The translations under genes were made by a program, and so were the position numbers. Below the pieces are notes generated by a model. It was not told the origin of the DNA. It did not search any database and saw nothing but the letters and a program-made list of their open reading frames with translations. Shown one piece after another: positions 50,872 through 64,000 of a DNA stretch of 64,000 bases (position 1 is its first letter; every line of letters starts with the position of its first letter). Source of the DNA: Auanema rhodensis (taxonomy: Eukaryota > Animalia > Nematoda). The stretch covers positions 4,340,001-4,404,000 of the forward strand of contig OZ059897.1 in assembly GCA_964057225.1 (NCBI GenBank), given 5' to 3'.

Positions 50872-53800
50872 TCAAACGATCATAACTAATTTTTGTATAG
50901 AGCGTTTCTCAATGTAGTATAGTGCATTCGATGCGGATTTTTAAGCTGCGTCGATCTGTGTTATCAGATTTGAGTTAGCTTAAAAATGCACCGAGATATC
51001 AACTGATATATGTTCACACTTATATCCTCGATTTTCACCCTGAAGAATTAATTTTTTCGTTGAATAACATTGTCCATCGTCTTTGCCTTGAAAAAAGAAA
51101 TCTGAAAACTCCTACTTTTCGTGAAATTATTTAGAAATTTTTCGGGAAAATTTTTGTCAAAATGTTTTTGGAAGCAATGTTGAGTGTACATGGGAACTCA
51201 ACATACACTAATGCATTATTTTTCAAACGATCATAACTAATTTTTGTATGGAGCGTTTCTCAATGTAGTATAGTGCATTCGATGCGGATTTTTAAGCTGC
51301 GTTGATCTGTGTTATCAGATTTGCGCTAGCTTAAAAATGCACCGAGTAATCAACTGATATAGGTTCACACTTATATCCTCGATTTTCACCCTGAAGAATT
51401 AATTTTTTCGTTGAATAACATTGTCCATCGTCTTTGCCTTGAAAAAAGAAATCTAAAAACTCCTACTTTTTGTGAAATTATTTAGAAATTTTTCGGGAAA
51501 ATTTTTGTCACAATGTTTTTGGAAGCAATGTTGAGTGTACATGGGAACTCAGCATACACTAATGCATTATTTTTCAAACGATCATAACTAATTTTTGTAT
51601 GGAGCGTTTCTCAATGTAGTATAGTGCATTCGATGCGGATTTTTAAGCTGCGTTGATCTGTGTTATCAGATTTGCGCTAGCTTAAAAATGCACCGAGTAA
51701 TCAACTGATATAGGTTCACACTTATATCCTCGATTTTCACCCTGAAGAATTAATTTTTTCGTTGAATAACGTTGTCCATCGTCTTTGCCTTGAAAAAAAA
51801 AATCTAAAAACTCCTACTTTTTGTGAAATTATTTAGAAATTTTTCGGGAAAATTTTTGTCACAATGTTTTTGGAAGCAATGTTGAGTGTACATGGGAACT
51901 CAGCATACACTAATGCATTATTTTTCAAACGATCATAACTAATTTTTGTATAGAGCGTTTCTCAATGTAGTATAGTGCATTCGATGCGGATTTTTAAGCT
52001 GCGTCGATCTGTGTTATCAGATTTGAGTTAGCTTGAAAATGCACCGAGATATCAACTGATATATGTTCACACTTATATCCTCGATTTTCACCCTGAAGAA
52101 ATGATTTTTTCGTTGAAAAACATTGTCCATCGTATTCGTCTTGAAAAAAGGAATCTAAAAACATCTACTTTTTGTGAAATTATTTAGAAATTTTTCGGGA
52201 AAATTTTTGTCACAATGTTTTTGGAAGCAATGTTGAGTGTACATGGGAACTCAGCATACACTAATGCATTATTTTTCAAACGATCATAACTAATTTTTGT
52301 ATAGAGCGTTTCTCAATGTAGTATAGTGCATTCGATGCGGATTTTTAAGCTGCGTCGATCTGTGTTATCAGATTTGAGTTAGCTTAAAAATGCACCGAGA
52401 TATCAACTGATATATGTTCACACTTATATCCTCGATTTTCACCCTGAAGAAATGATTTTTTCGTTGAAAAACATTGTCCATCGTATTCGTCTTGAAGAAA
52501 AGAATCTAAAAACATCTACTTTTTGTGAAATTATTCAGAAAATTTTCGGGAAAATTTTTGTCAAAATGTTTTTGGAAGCAATGTTGAGTGTACATGGGAA
52601 CTCAACATACACTAATGCATTATTTTTCAAACGATCATAACTAATTTTTGTATGGAGCGTTTCTCAATGTAGTATAGTGCATTCGATGCGGATTTTTAAG
52701 CTGCGTTGATCTGTGTTATCAGATTTGCGCTAGCTTAAAAATGCACCGAGTAATCAACTGATATAGGTTCACACTTATATCCTCGATTTTCACCCTGAAG
52801 AATTAATTTTTTCGTTGAATAACATTGTCCATCATCTTTGCCTTGAAAAAAGAAATCTAAAAACTCCTACTTTTTGTGAAATTATTTAGAAATTTTTCGG
52901 GAAAATTTTTGTCACAATGTTTTTGGAAGCAATGTTGAGTGTACATGGGAACTCAGCATACACTAATGCATTATTTTTCAAACGATCATAACTAATTTTT
53001 GTATGGAGCGTTTCTCAATGTAGTATAGTGCATTCGATGCGGATTTTTAAGCTGCGTTGATCTGTGTTATCAGATTTGCGCTAGCTTAAAAATGCACCGA
53101 GTAATCAACTGATATAGGTTCACACTTATATCCTCGATTTTCACCCTGAAGAATTAATTTTTTCGTTGAATAACATTGTCCATCGTCTTTGCCTTGAAAA
53201 AAGAAATCTAAAAACTCCTACTTTTCGTGAAATTATTTAGAAATTTTTCGGGAAAATTTTTGTCACAATGTTTTTGGAAGCAATGTTGAGTGTACATGGG
53301 AACTCAGCATACACTAATGCATTATTTTTCAAACGATCATAACTAATTTTTGTATAGAGCGTTTCTCAATGTAGTATAGTGCATTCGATGCGGATTTTTA
53401 AGCTGCGTCGATCTGTGTTATCAGATTTGAGTTAGCTTGAAAATGCACCGAGATATCAACTGATATATGTTCACACTTATATCCTCGATTTTCACCCTGA
53501 AGAAATGATTTTTTCGTTGAAAAACATTGTCCATCGTATTCGTCTTGAAAAAAGGAATCTAAAAACATCTACTTTTTGTGAAATTATTTAGAAATTTTTC
53601 GGGAAAATTTTTGTCACAATGTTTTTGGAAGCAATGTTGAGTGTACATGGGAACTCAGCATACACTAATGCATTATTTTTCAAACGATCATAACTAATTT
53701 TTGTATAGAGCGTTTCTCAATGTGGTATAGTGCATTCGATGCGGATTTTTAAGCTGCGTCGATCTGTGTTATCAGATTTGAGTTAGCTTAAAAATGCACC

Positions 53801-56800
53801 GAGATATCAACTGATATATGTTCACACTTATATCCTCGATTTTCACCCTGAAGAAATGATTTTTTCGTTGAAAAACATTGTCCATCGTATTCGTCTTGAA
53901 AAAAAGAATCTAAAAACATCTACTTTTTGTGAAATTATTCAGAAATTTTTCGGGAAAATTTTTGTCAAAATGTTTTTGGAAGCAATGTTGAGTGTACATG
54001 GGAACTCAACATACACTAATGCATTATTTTTCAAACGATCATAACTAATTTTTGTATGGAGCGTTTTTCAATGTAGTATAGTGCATTCGATGCGGATTTT
54101 TGAGCTGCGTTGATCTGTGTTATCAGATTTGCGCTAGCTTAAAAATGCACCGAGTAATCAACTGATATAGGTTCACACTTATATCCTCGATTTTCACCCT
54201 GAAGAATTAATTTTTTCGTTGAATAACATTGTCCATCGTCTTTGCCTTGAGAAAAGAAATTTAAAAACTCCTACTTTTTGTGAAATTATTTAGAAATTTT
54301 TCGGGAAAATTTTTGTCACAATGTTTTTGGAAGCAATGTTGAGTGTACATGGGAACTCAACATACACTAATGCATTATTTTTCAAACGATCATAACTAAT
54401 TTTTGTATGGAGCGTTTTTCAATGTAGTATAGTGCATTCGATGCGGATTTTTGAGCTGCGTTGATCTGTGTTATCAGATTTGCGCTAGCTTAAAAATGCA
54501 CCGAGTAATCAACTGATATAGGTTCACACTTATATCCTCGATTTTCACCCTGAAGAATTAATTTTTTCGTTGAATAACATTGTCCATCGTCTTTGCCTTG
54601 AGAAAAGAAATTTAAAAACTCCTACTTTTTGTGAAATTATTTAGAAATTTTTCGGGAAAATTTTTGTCACAATGTTTTTGGAAGCAATGTTGAGTGTACA
54701 TGGGAACTCAGCATACACTAATGCATTATTTTTCAAACGATCATAACTAATTTTTAAATAGAGCGTTTCTTAATGTAGTATAGTGCATTCGATGCGGATT
54801 TTTGAGCTGCGTTGATCTGTGTTATCAGATTTGCGCTAGCTTAAAAATGCACCGAGTAATCAACTGATATATGTTCACACTTATATCCTCGATTTTCACC
54901 CTGAAGAAATGATTTTTTCGTTGAAAAACATTGTCCATCGTATTCGTCTTGAAAAAAAGAATCTAAAAACATCTACTTTTTGTGAAATTATTTAGAAATT
55001 TTTCGGGAAAATTTTTGTCACAATGTTTTTGGAAGCAATGTTGAGTGTACATGGGAACTCAGCATACACTAATGCATTATTTTTCAAACGATCATAACTA
55101 ATTTTTGTATGGAGCGTTTTTCAATGTAGTATAGTGCATTCGATGCGGATTTTTAAGCTGCGTTGATCTGTGTTATCAGATTTGCGCTAGCTTAAAAATG
55201 CACCGAGTAATCAACTGATATAGGTTCACACTTATATCCTCGATTTTCACCCTGAAGAATTAATTTTTTCGTTGAATAACGTTGTCCATCGTCTTTGCCT
55301 TGAAAAAAAAAATCTAAAAACTCCTACTTTTTGTGAAATTATTTAGAAATTTTTCGGGAAAATTTTTGTCACAATGTTTTTGGAAGCAATGTTGAGTGTA
55401 CATGTGAACTCAGCATACACTAATGCATTATTTTTCAAACGATCATAACTAATTTTTAAATAGAGCGTTTCTTAATGTAGTATAGTGCATTCGATGCGGA
55501 TTTTTGAGCTGCGTTGATCTGTGTTATCAGATTTGCGCTAGCTTAAAAATGCACCGAGTAATCAACTGATATATGTTCACACTTATATCCTCGATTTTCA
55601 CCCTGAAGAAATGATTTTTTCGTTGAAAAACATTGTCCATCGTATTCGTCTTGAAAAAAAGAATCTAAAAACATCTACTTTTTGTGAAATTATTTAGAAA
55701 TTTTTCGGGAAAATTTTTGTCACAATGTTTTTGGAAGCAATGTTGAGTGTACATGGGAACTCAGCATACACTAATGCATTATTTTTCAAACGATCATAAC
55801 TAATTTTTAAATAGAGCGTTTCTCAATGTAGTATAGTGCATTCGATGCGGATTTTTAAGCTGCGTTGATCTGTGTTATCAGATTTGCGCTAGCTTAAAAA
55901 TGCACCGAGTAATCAACTGATATAGGTTCACACTTATATCCTCGATTTTCACCCTGAAGAATTAATTTTTTCGTTGAATAACATTGTCCATCATCTTTGC
56001 CTTGAAAAAAGAAATCTAAAAACTCCTACTTTTTGTGAAATTATTTAGAAATTTTTCGGGAAAATTTTTGTCACAATGTTTTTGGAAGCAATGTTGAGTG
56101 TACATGGGAACTCAGCATACACTAATGCATTATTTTTCAAACGATCATAACTAATTTTTGTATGGAGCGTTTCTCAATGTAGTATAGTGCATTCGATGCG
56201 GATTTTTAAGCTGCGTTGATCTGTGTTATCAGATTTGCGCTAGCTTAAAAATGCACCGAGTAATCAACTGATATAGGTTCACACTTATATCCTCGATTTT
56301 CACCCTGAAGAATTAATTTTTTCGTTGAATAACATTGTCCATCGTCTTTGCCTTGAAAAAAGAAATCTAAAAACTCCTACTTTTCGTGAAATTATTTAGA
56401 AATTTTTCGGGAAAATTTTTGTCACAATGTTTTTGGAAGCAATGTTGAGTGTACATGGGAACTCAGCATACACTAATGCATTATTTTTCAAACGATCATA
56501 ACTAATTTTTGTATAGAGCGTTTCTCAATGTAGTATAGTGCATTCGATGCGGATTTTTAAGCTGCGTCGATCTGTGTTATCAGATTTGAGTTAGCTTGAA
56601 AATGCACCGAGATATCAACTGATATATGTTCACACTTATATCCTCGATTTTCACCCTGAAGAATTAATTTTTTCGTTGAATAACATTGTCCATCGTCTTT
56701 GCCTTGAAAAAAGAAATCTAAAAACTCCTACTTTTCGTGAAATTATTTAGAAATTTTTCGGGAAAATTTTTGTCACAATGTTTTTGGAAGCAATGTTGAG

Positions 56801-59800
56801 TGTACATGGGAACTCAGCATACACTAATGCATTATTTTTCAAACGATCATAACTAATTTTTGTATAGAGCGTTTCTCAATGTAGTATAGTGCATTCGATG
56901 CGGATTTTTAAGCTGCGTCGATCTGTGTTATCAGATTTGCGCTAGCTTAAAAATGCACCGAGTAATCAACTGATATAGGTTCACACTTATATCCTCGATT
57001 TTCACCCTGAAGAAATGATTTTTTCGTTGAAAAACATTGTCCATCGTATTCGTCTTGAAAAAAGGAATCTAAAAACATCTACTTTTTGTGAAATTATTTA
57101 GAAATTTTTCGGGAAAATTTTTGTCACAATGTTTTTGGAAGCAATGTTGAGTGTACATGGGAACTCAGCATACACTAATGCATTATTTTTCAAACGATCA
57201 TAACTAATTTTTGTATAGAGCGTTTCTCAATGTGGTATAGTGCATTCGATGCGGATTTTTAAGCTGCGTCGATCTGTGTTATCAGATTTGAGTTAGCTTA
57301 AAAATGCACCGAGGTATCAACTGATATATGTTCACACTTATATCCTCGATTTTCACCCTGAAGAAATGATTTTTTCGTTGAAAAACATTGTCCATCGTAT
57401 TCGTCTTGAAAAAAAGAATCTAAAAACATCTACTTTTTGTGAAATTATTCAGAAATTTTTCGGGAAAATTTTTGTCAAAATGTTTTTGGAAGCAATGTTG
57501 AGTGTACATGGGAACTCAACATACACTAATGCATTATTTTTCAAACGATCATAACTAATTTTTGTATGGAGCGTTTTTCAATGTAGTATAGTGCATTCGA
57601 TGCGGATTTTTGAGCTGCGATGATCTGTGTTATCAGATTTGCGCTAGCTTAAAAATGCACCGAGTAATCAACTGATATAGGTTCACACTTATATCCTCGA
57701 TTTTCACCCTGAAGAATTAATTTTTTCGTTGAATAACATTGTCCATCGTCTTTGCCTTGAGAAAAGAAATTTAAAAACTCCTACTTTTTGTGAAATTATT
57801 TAGAAATTTTTCGGGAAAATTTTTGTCACAATGTTTTTGGAAGCAATGTTGAGTGTACATGGGAACTCAGCATACACTAATGCATTATTTTTCAAACGAT
57901 CATAACTAATTTTTAAATAGAGCGTTTCTTAATGTAGTATAGTGCATTCGATGCGGATTTTTGAGCTGCGTTGATCTGTGTTATCAGATTTGCGCTAGCT
58001 TAAAAATGCACCGAGTAATCAACTGATATATGTTCACACTTATATCCTCGATTTTCACCCTGAAGAAATGATTTTTTCGTTGAAAAACATTGTCCATCGT
58101 ATTCGTCTTGAAAAAAAGAATCTAAAAACATCTACTTTTTGTGAAATTATTTAGAAATTTTTCGGGAAAATTTTTGTCACAATGTTTTTGGAAGCAATGT
58201 TGAGTGTACATGGGAACTCAGCATACACTAATGCATTATTTTTCAAACGATCATAACTAATTTTTGTATGGAGCGTTTCTCAATGTAGTATAGTGCATTC
58301 GATGCGGATTTTTAAGCTGCGTTGATCTGTGTTATCAGATTTGCGCTAGCTTAAAAATGCACCGAGTAATCAACTGATATAGGTTCACACTTATATCCTC
58401 GATTTTCACCCTGAAGAATTAATTTTTTCGTTGAATAACGTTGTCCATCGTCTTTGCCTTGAAAAAAAAAATCTAAAAACTCCTACTTTTTGTGAAATTA
58501 TTTAGAAATTTTTCGGGAAAATTTTTGTCACAATGTTTTTGGAAGCAATGTTGAGTGTACATGGGAACTCAGCATACACTAATGCATTATTTTTCAAACG
58601 ATCATAACTAATTTTTGTATAGAGCGTTTCTCAATGTAGTATAGTGCATTCGATGCGGATTTTTAAGCTGCGTCGATCTGTGTTATCAGATTTGAGTTAG
58701 CTTGAAAATGCACCGAGATTTCAACTGATATATGTTCACACTTATATCCTCGATTTTCACCCTGAAGAAATGATTTTTTCGTTGAAAAACATTGTCCATC
58801 GTATTCGTCTTGAAAAAAGGAATCTAAAAACATCTACTTTTTGTGAAATTATTTAGAAATTTTTCGGGAAAATTTTTGTCACAATGTTTTTGGAAGCAAT
58901 GTTGAGTGTACATGGGAACTCAGCATACACTAATGCATTATTTTTCAAACGATCATAACTAATTTTTGTATAGAGCGTTTCTCAATGTAGTATAGTGCAT
59001 TCGATGCGGATTTTTAAGCTGCGTCGATCTGTGTTATCAGATTTGAGTTAGCTTAAAAATGCACCGAGATATCAACTGATATATGTTCACACTTATATCC
59101 TCGATTTTCACCCTGAAGAAATGATTTTTTCGTTGAAAAACATTGTCCATCGTATTCGTCTTGAAAAAAAGAATCTAAAAACATCTACTTTTTGTGAAAT
59201 TATTCAGAAAATTTTCGGGAAAATTTTTGTCAAAATGTTTTTGGAAGCAATGTTGAGTGTACATGGGAACTCAACATACACTAATGCATTATTTTTCAAA
59301 CGATCATAACTAATTTTTGTATGGAGCGTTTCTCAATGTAGTATAGTGCATTCGATGCGGATTTTTAAGCTGCGTTGATCTGTGTTATCAGATTTGCGCT
59401 AGCTTAAAAATGCACCGAGTAATCAACTGATATAGGTTCACACTTATATCCTCGATTTTCACCCTGAAGAATTAATTTTTTCGTTGAATAACATTGTCCA
59501 TCGTCTTTGCCTTGAAAAAAAAATCTAAAAACTCCTACTTTTTGTGAAATTATTTAGAAATTTTTCGGGAAAATTTTTGTCACAATGTTTTTGGAAGCAA
59601 TGTTGAGTGTACATGGGAACTCAACATACACTAATGCATTATTTTTCAAACGATCATAACTAATTTTTGTATGGAGCGTTTCTCAATGTAGTATAGTGCA
59701 TTCGATGCGGATTTTTAAGCTGCGTCGATCTGTGTTATCAGATTTGCGCTAGCTTAAAAATGCACCGAGTAATCAACTGATATAGGTTCACACTTATATC

Positions 59801-60018
59801 CTCGATTTTCACCCTGAAGAATTAATTTTTTCGTTGAATAACATTGTCCATCGTCTTTGCCTTGAAAAAAAAAATCTAAAAACTCCTACTTTTTGTGAAA
59901 TTATTTAGAAATTTTTCGGGAAAATTTTTGTCACAATGTTTTTGGAAGCAATGTTGAGTGTACATGGGAACTCAGCATACACTAATGCATTATTTTTCAA
60001 ACGATCATAACTAATTTT

Positions 60019-62824
60019 TGTATGGAGCGTTTCTCAATGTAGTATAGTGCATTCGATGCGGATTTTTGAGCTGCGTTGATCTGTGTTATCAGATTTGCGC
60101 TAGCTTAAAAATGCACCGAGTAATCAACTGATATAGGTTCACACTTATATCCTCGATTTTCACCCTGAAGAATTAATTTTTTCGTTGAATAACATTGTCC
60201 ATCGTCTTTGCCTTGAGAAAAGAAATTTAAAAACTCCTACTTTTTTTGAAATTATTTAGAAATTTTTCGGGAAAATTTTTGTCACAATGTTTTTGGAAGC
60301 AATGTTGAGTGTACATGGGAACTCAGCATACACTAATGCATTATTTTTCAAACGATCATAACTAATTTTTAAATAGAGCGTTTCTTAATGTAGTATAGTG
60401 CATTCGATGCGGATTTTTGAGCTGCGTTGATCTGTGTTATCAGATTTGCGCTAGCTTAAAAATGCACCGAGTAATCAACTGATATATGTTCACACTTATA
60501 TCCTCGATTTTCACCCTGAAGAAATGATTTTTTCGTTGAAAAACATTGTCCATCGTATTCGTCTTGAAAAAAAGAATCTAAAAACATCTACTTTTTGTGA
60601 AATTATTTAGAAATTTTTCGGGAAAATTTTTGTCACAATGTTTTTGGAAGCAATGTTGAGTGTACATGGGAACTCAGCATACACTAATGCATTATTTTTC
60701 AAACGATCATAACTAATTTTTGTATGGAGCGTTTCTCAATGTAGTATAGTGCATTCGATGCGGATTTGTGAGCTGCGTTGATCTGTGTTATCAGATTTGC
60801 GCTAGCTTAAAAATGCACCGAGTAATCAACTGATATAGGTTCACACTTATATCCTCGATTTTCACCCTGAAGAATTAATTTTTTCGTTGAATAACATTGT
60901 CCATCGTCTTTGCCTTGAGAAAAGAAATTTAAAAACTCCTACTTTTTGTGAAATTATTTAGAAATTTTTCGGGAAATTTTTGTCACAATGTTTTTGGAAG
61001 CAATGTTGAGTGTACATGGGAACTCAGCATACACTAATGCATTATTTTTCAAACGATCATAACTAATTTTTAAATAGAGCGTTTCTTAATGTAGTATAGT
61101 GCATTCGATGCGGATTTTTGAGCTGCGTTGATCTGTGTTATCAGATTTGCGCTAGCTTAAAAATGCACCGAGTAATCAACTGATATATGTTCACACTTAT
61201 ATCCTCGATTTTCACCCTGAAGAAATGATTTTTTCGTTGAAAAACATTGTCCATCGTATTCGTCTTGAAAAAAAGAATCTAAAAACATCTACTTTTTGTG
61301 AAATTATTTAGAAATTTTTCGGGAAAATTTTTGTCACAATGTTTTTGGAAGCAATGTTGAGTGTACATGGGAACTCAGCATACACTAATGCATTATTTTT
61401 CAAACGATCATAACTAATTTTTGTATGGAGCGTTTCTCAATGTAGTATAGTGCATTCGATGCGGATTTTTGAGCTGCGTTGATCTGTGTTATCAGATTTG
61501 CGCTAGCTTAAAAATGCACCGAGTAATCAACTGATATAGGTTCACACTTATATCCTCGATTTTCACCCTGAAGAATTAATTTTTTCGTTGAATAACATTG
61601 TCCATCGTCTTTGCCTTGAGAAAAGAAATTTAAAAACTCCTACTTTTTGTGAAATTATTTAGAAATTTTTCGGGAAATTTTTGTCACAATGTTTTTGGAA
61701 GCAATGTTGAGTGTACATGGGAACTCAGCATACACTAATGCATTATTTTTCAAACGATCATAACTAATTTTTAAATAGAGCGTTTCTTAATGTAGTATAG
61801 TGCATTCGATGCGGATTTTTGAGCTGCGTTGATCTGTGTTATCAGATTTGCGCTAGCTTAAAAATGCACCGAGTAATCAACTGATATATGTTCACACTTA
61901 TATCCTCGATTTTCACCCTGAAGAAATGATTTTTTCGTTGAAAAACATTGTCCATCGTATTCGTCTTGAAAAAAAGAATCTAAAAACATCTACTTTTTGT
62001 GAAATTATTTAGAAATTTTTCGGGAAAATTTTTGTCACAATGTTTTTGGAAGCAATGTTGAGTGTACATGGGAACTCAGCATACACTAATGCATTATTTT
62101 TCAAACGATCATAACTAATTTTTGTATGGAGCGTTTCTCAATGTAGTATAGTGCATTCGATGCGGATTTTTGAGCTGCGTTGATCTGTGTTATCAGATTT
62201 GCGCTAGCTTAAAAATGCACCGAGTAATCAACTGATATAGGTTCACACTTATATCCTCGATTTTCACCCTGAAGAATTAATTTTTTCGTTGAATAACATT
62301 GTCCATCGTCTTTGCCTTGAGAAAAGAAATTTAAAAACTCCTACTTTTTGTGAAATTATTTAGAAATTTTTCGGGAAAATTTTTGTCACAATGTTTTTGG
62401 AAGCAATGTTGAGTGTACATGGGAACTCAGCATACACTAATGCATTATTTTTCAAACGATCATAACTAATTTTTAAATAGAGCGTTTCTTAATGTAGTAT
62501 AGTGCATTCGATGCGGATTTTTGAGCTGCGTTGATCTGTGTTATCAGATTTGCGCTAGCTTAAAAATGCACCGAGTAATCAACTGATATATGTTCACACA
62601 TATATCCTCGATTTTCACCCTGAAGAAATGATTTTTTCGTTGAAAAACATTGTCCATCGTATTCGTCTTGAAAAAAAGAATCTAAAAACATCTACTTTTT
62701 GTGAAATTATTTAGAAATTTTTCGGGAAAATTTTTGTCACAATGTTTTTGGAAGCAATGTTGAGTGTACATGGGAACTCAGCATACACTAATGCATTATT
62801 TTTCAAACGATCATAACTAATTTT
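60019..62824. repeat. Dimeric higher-order repeat (701-702 bp) x4
   Basis: Monomer C1 (TTTTTGAGCTG, CCTTGAGAAAAGAAATTT) at 60019, 60721, 61422 and 62123 alternates strictly with monomer C2 (TAAATAGAGCGTTTCTT, A-left/B-right) at 60370, 61071, 61772 and 62474. Confidence 0.93.
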
Positions 62825-64000
62825 TGTATGGAGCGTTTCTCAATGTAGTATAGTGCATTCGATGCGGATTTTTAAGCTGCGTTGATCTGTGTTATCAGAT
62901 TTGCGCTAGCTTAAAAATGCACCGAGTAATCAACTGATATAGGTTCACACTTATATCCTCGATTTTCACCCTGAAGAATTAATTTTTTCGTTGAATAACG
63001 TTGTCCATCGTCTTTGCCTTGAAAAAAAAAATCTAAAAACTCCTACTTTTTGTGAAATTATTTAGAAATTTTTCGGGAAAATTTTTGTCACAATGTTTTT
63101 GGAAGCAATGTTGAGTGTACATGGGAACTCAGCATACACTAATGCATTATTTTTCAAACGATCATAACTAATTTTTGTATAGAGCGTTTCTCAATGTAGT
63201 ATAGTGCATTCGATGCGGATTTTTAAGCTGCGTCGATCTGTGTTATCAGATTTGAGTTAGCTTAAAAATGCACCGAGATATCAACTGATATATGTTCACA
63301 CTTATATCCTCGATTTTCACCCTGAAGAAATGATTTTTTCGTTGAAAAACATTGTCCATCGTATTCGTCTTGAAAAAAAGAATCTAAAAACATCTACTTT
63401 TTGTGAAATTATTCAGAAAATTTTCGGGAAAATTTTTGTCAAAATGTTTTTGGAAGCAATGTTGAGTGTACATTGGAACTCAACATACACTAATGCATTA
63501 TTTTTCAAACGATCATAACTAATTTTTGTATGGAGCGTTTCTCAATGTAGTATAGTGCATTCGATGCGGATTTTTAAGCTGCGTTGATCTGTGTTATCAG
63601 ATTTGCGCTAGCTTAAAAATGCACCGAGTAATCAACTGATATATGTTCACACTTATATCCTCGATTTTCACCCTGAAGAAATGATTTTTTCGTTGAAAAA
63701 CATTGTCCATCGTATTCGTCTTGAAAAAAAGAATCTAAAAACATCTACTTTTTGTGAAATTATTTAGAAATTTTTCGGGAAAATTTTTGTCACAATGTTT
63801 TTGGAAGCAATGTTGAGTGTACATGGGAACTCAGCATACACTAATGCATTATTTTTCAAACGATCATAACTAATTTTTGTATGGAGCGTTTCTCAATGTA
63901 GTATAGTGCATTCGATGCGGATTTTTAAGCTGCGTTGATCTGTGTTATCAGATTTGCGCTAGCTTAAAAATGCACCGAGTAATCAACTGATATAGGTTCA

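Larger units (their letters stand above)
1..64000. repeat. Tandem satellite array, 351-bp monomer, ~182.3 head-to-tail copies, extending beyond both window edges
   Basis: The unit TGTAT(A/G)GAGCGTTTCTCAATG...CGATCATAACTAATTTT restarts at 1, 352, 703, ... 7021, 14041, 21061, 28081, 35101. All spacings between identical ORFs are multiples of 351, minus 1-3 bp after the deletions near 37185, 49469, 59520, 60975 and 61676. Monomer 1 has 115 G+C out of 351. Confidence 0.99.

Noticed and set aside
3665-63518. 40 copies of a 62-aa + strand ORF (MIFSLKNIVHRIRLEKK...)
   Set aside because: It exists only when ATG (155-157) and CAG (239) alleles coincide, and other monomers have TAG or no start. The F/K/I-rich sequence reflects A/T runs, most variants change amino acids, and I recognise no domain.
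1-64000. CRISPR array, or cassette/integron-like array
   Set aside because: There are no unique spacers or cassettes; the entire 351 bp is repeated, and no cas or integrase gene is present.
1-64000. A single regular higher-order repeat, an inversion, or an embedded transposon
   Set aside because: Block offsets vary (2, 4, 10, 17, 23, 28, 29 monomers), all units share one orientation, and the 351-bp phase is never interrupted.

Overview
The whole 64-kb window is one uninterrupted head-to-tail tandem satellite array of an AT-rich 351-bp monomer (about 33% GC counted in monomer 1). It holds about 182.3 copies, all in one orientation, with only five 1-bp deletions, no insertions and no unique sequence. 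I see no genes, RNA genes, transposons or CRISPR arrays; the 44 ORFs in the track are by-products of the repeat. It resembles eukaryotic (peri)centromeric or heterochromatic satellite DNA, but I cannot name the family or organism. Monomer positions below are counted from TGTAT at window position 1. The fine structure is more informative. (1) Two monomer subtypes, A and B, differ at about 15 linked sites, with many chimeras. (2) Nested local duplications and nascent higher-order repeats occur at 2-, 4- and 23-monomer offsets, with variants confined to zones of the array. (3) The monomer is rich in inverted repeats, including a 51-nt hairpin whose recurrent transitions are G-U compatible on the + strand. 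(4) Several different point variants each perfect the same quasi-palindrome. (5) Subtype B alone carries a CUGAAGA-stem II-GAAA arrangement matching the hammerhead ribozyme core; this is a speculative candidate that needs testing. All alignments were done by eye.
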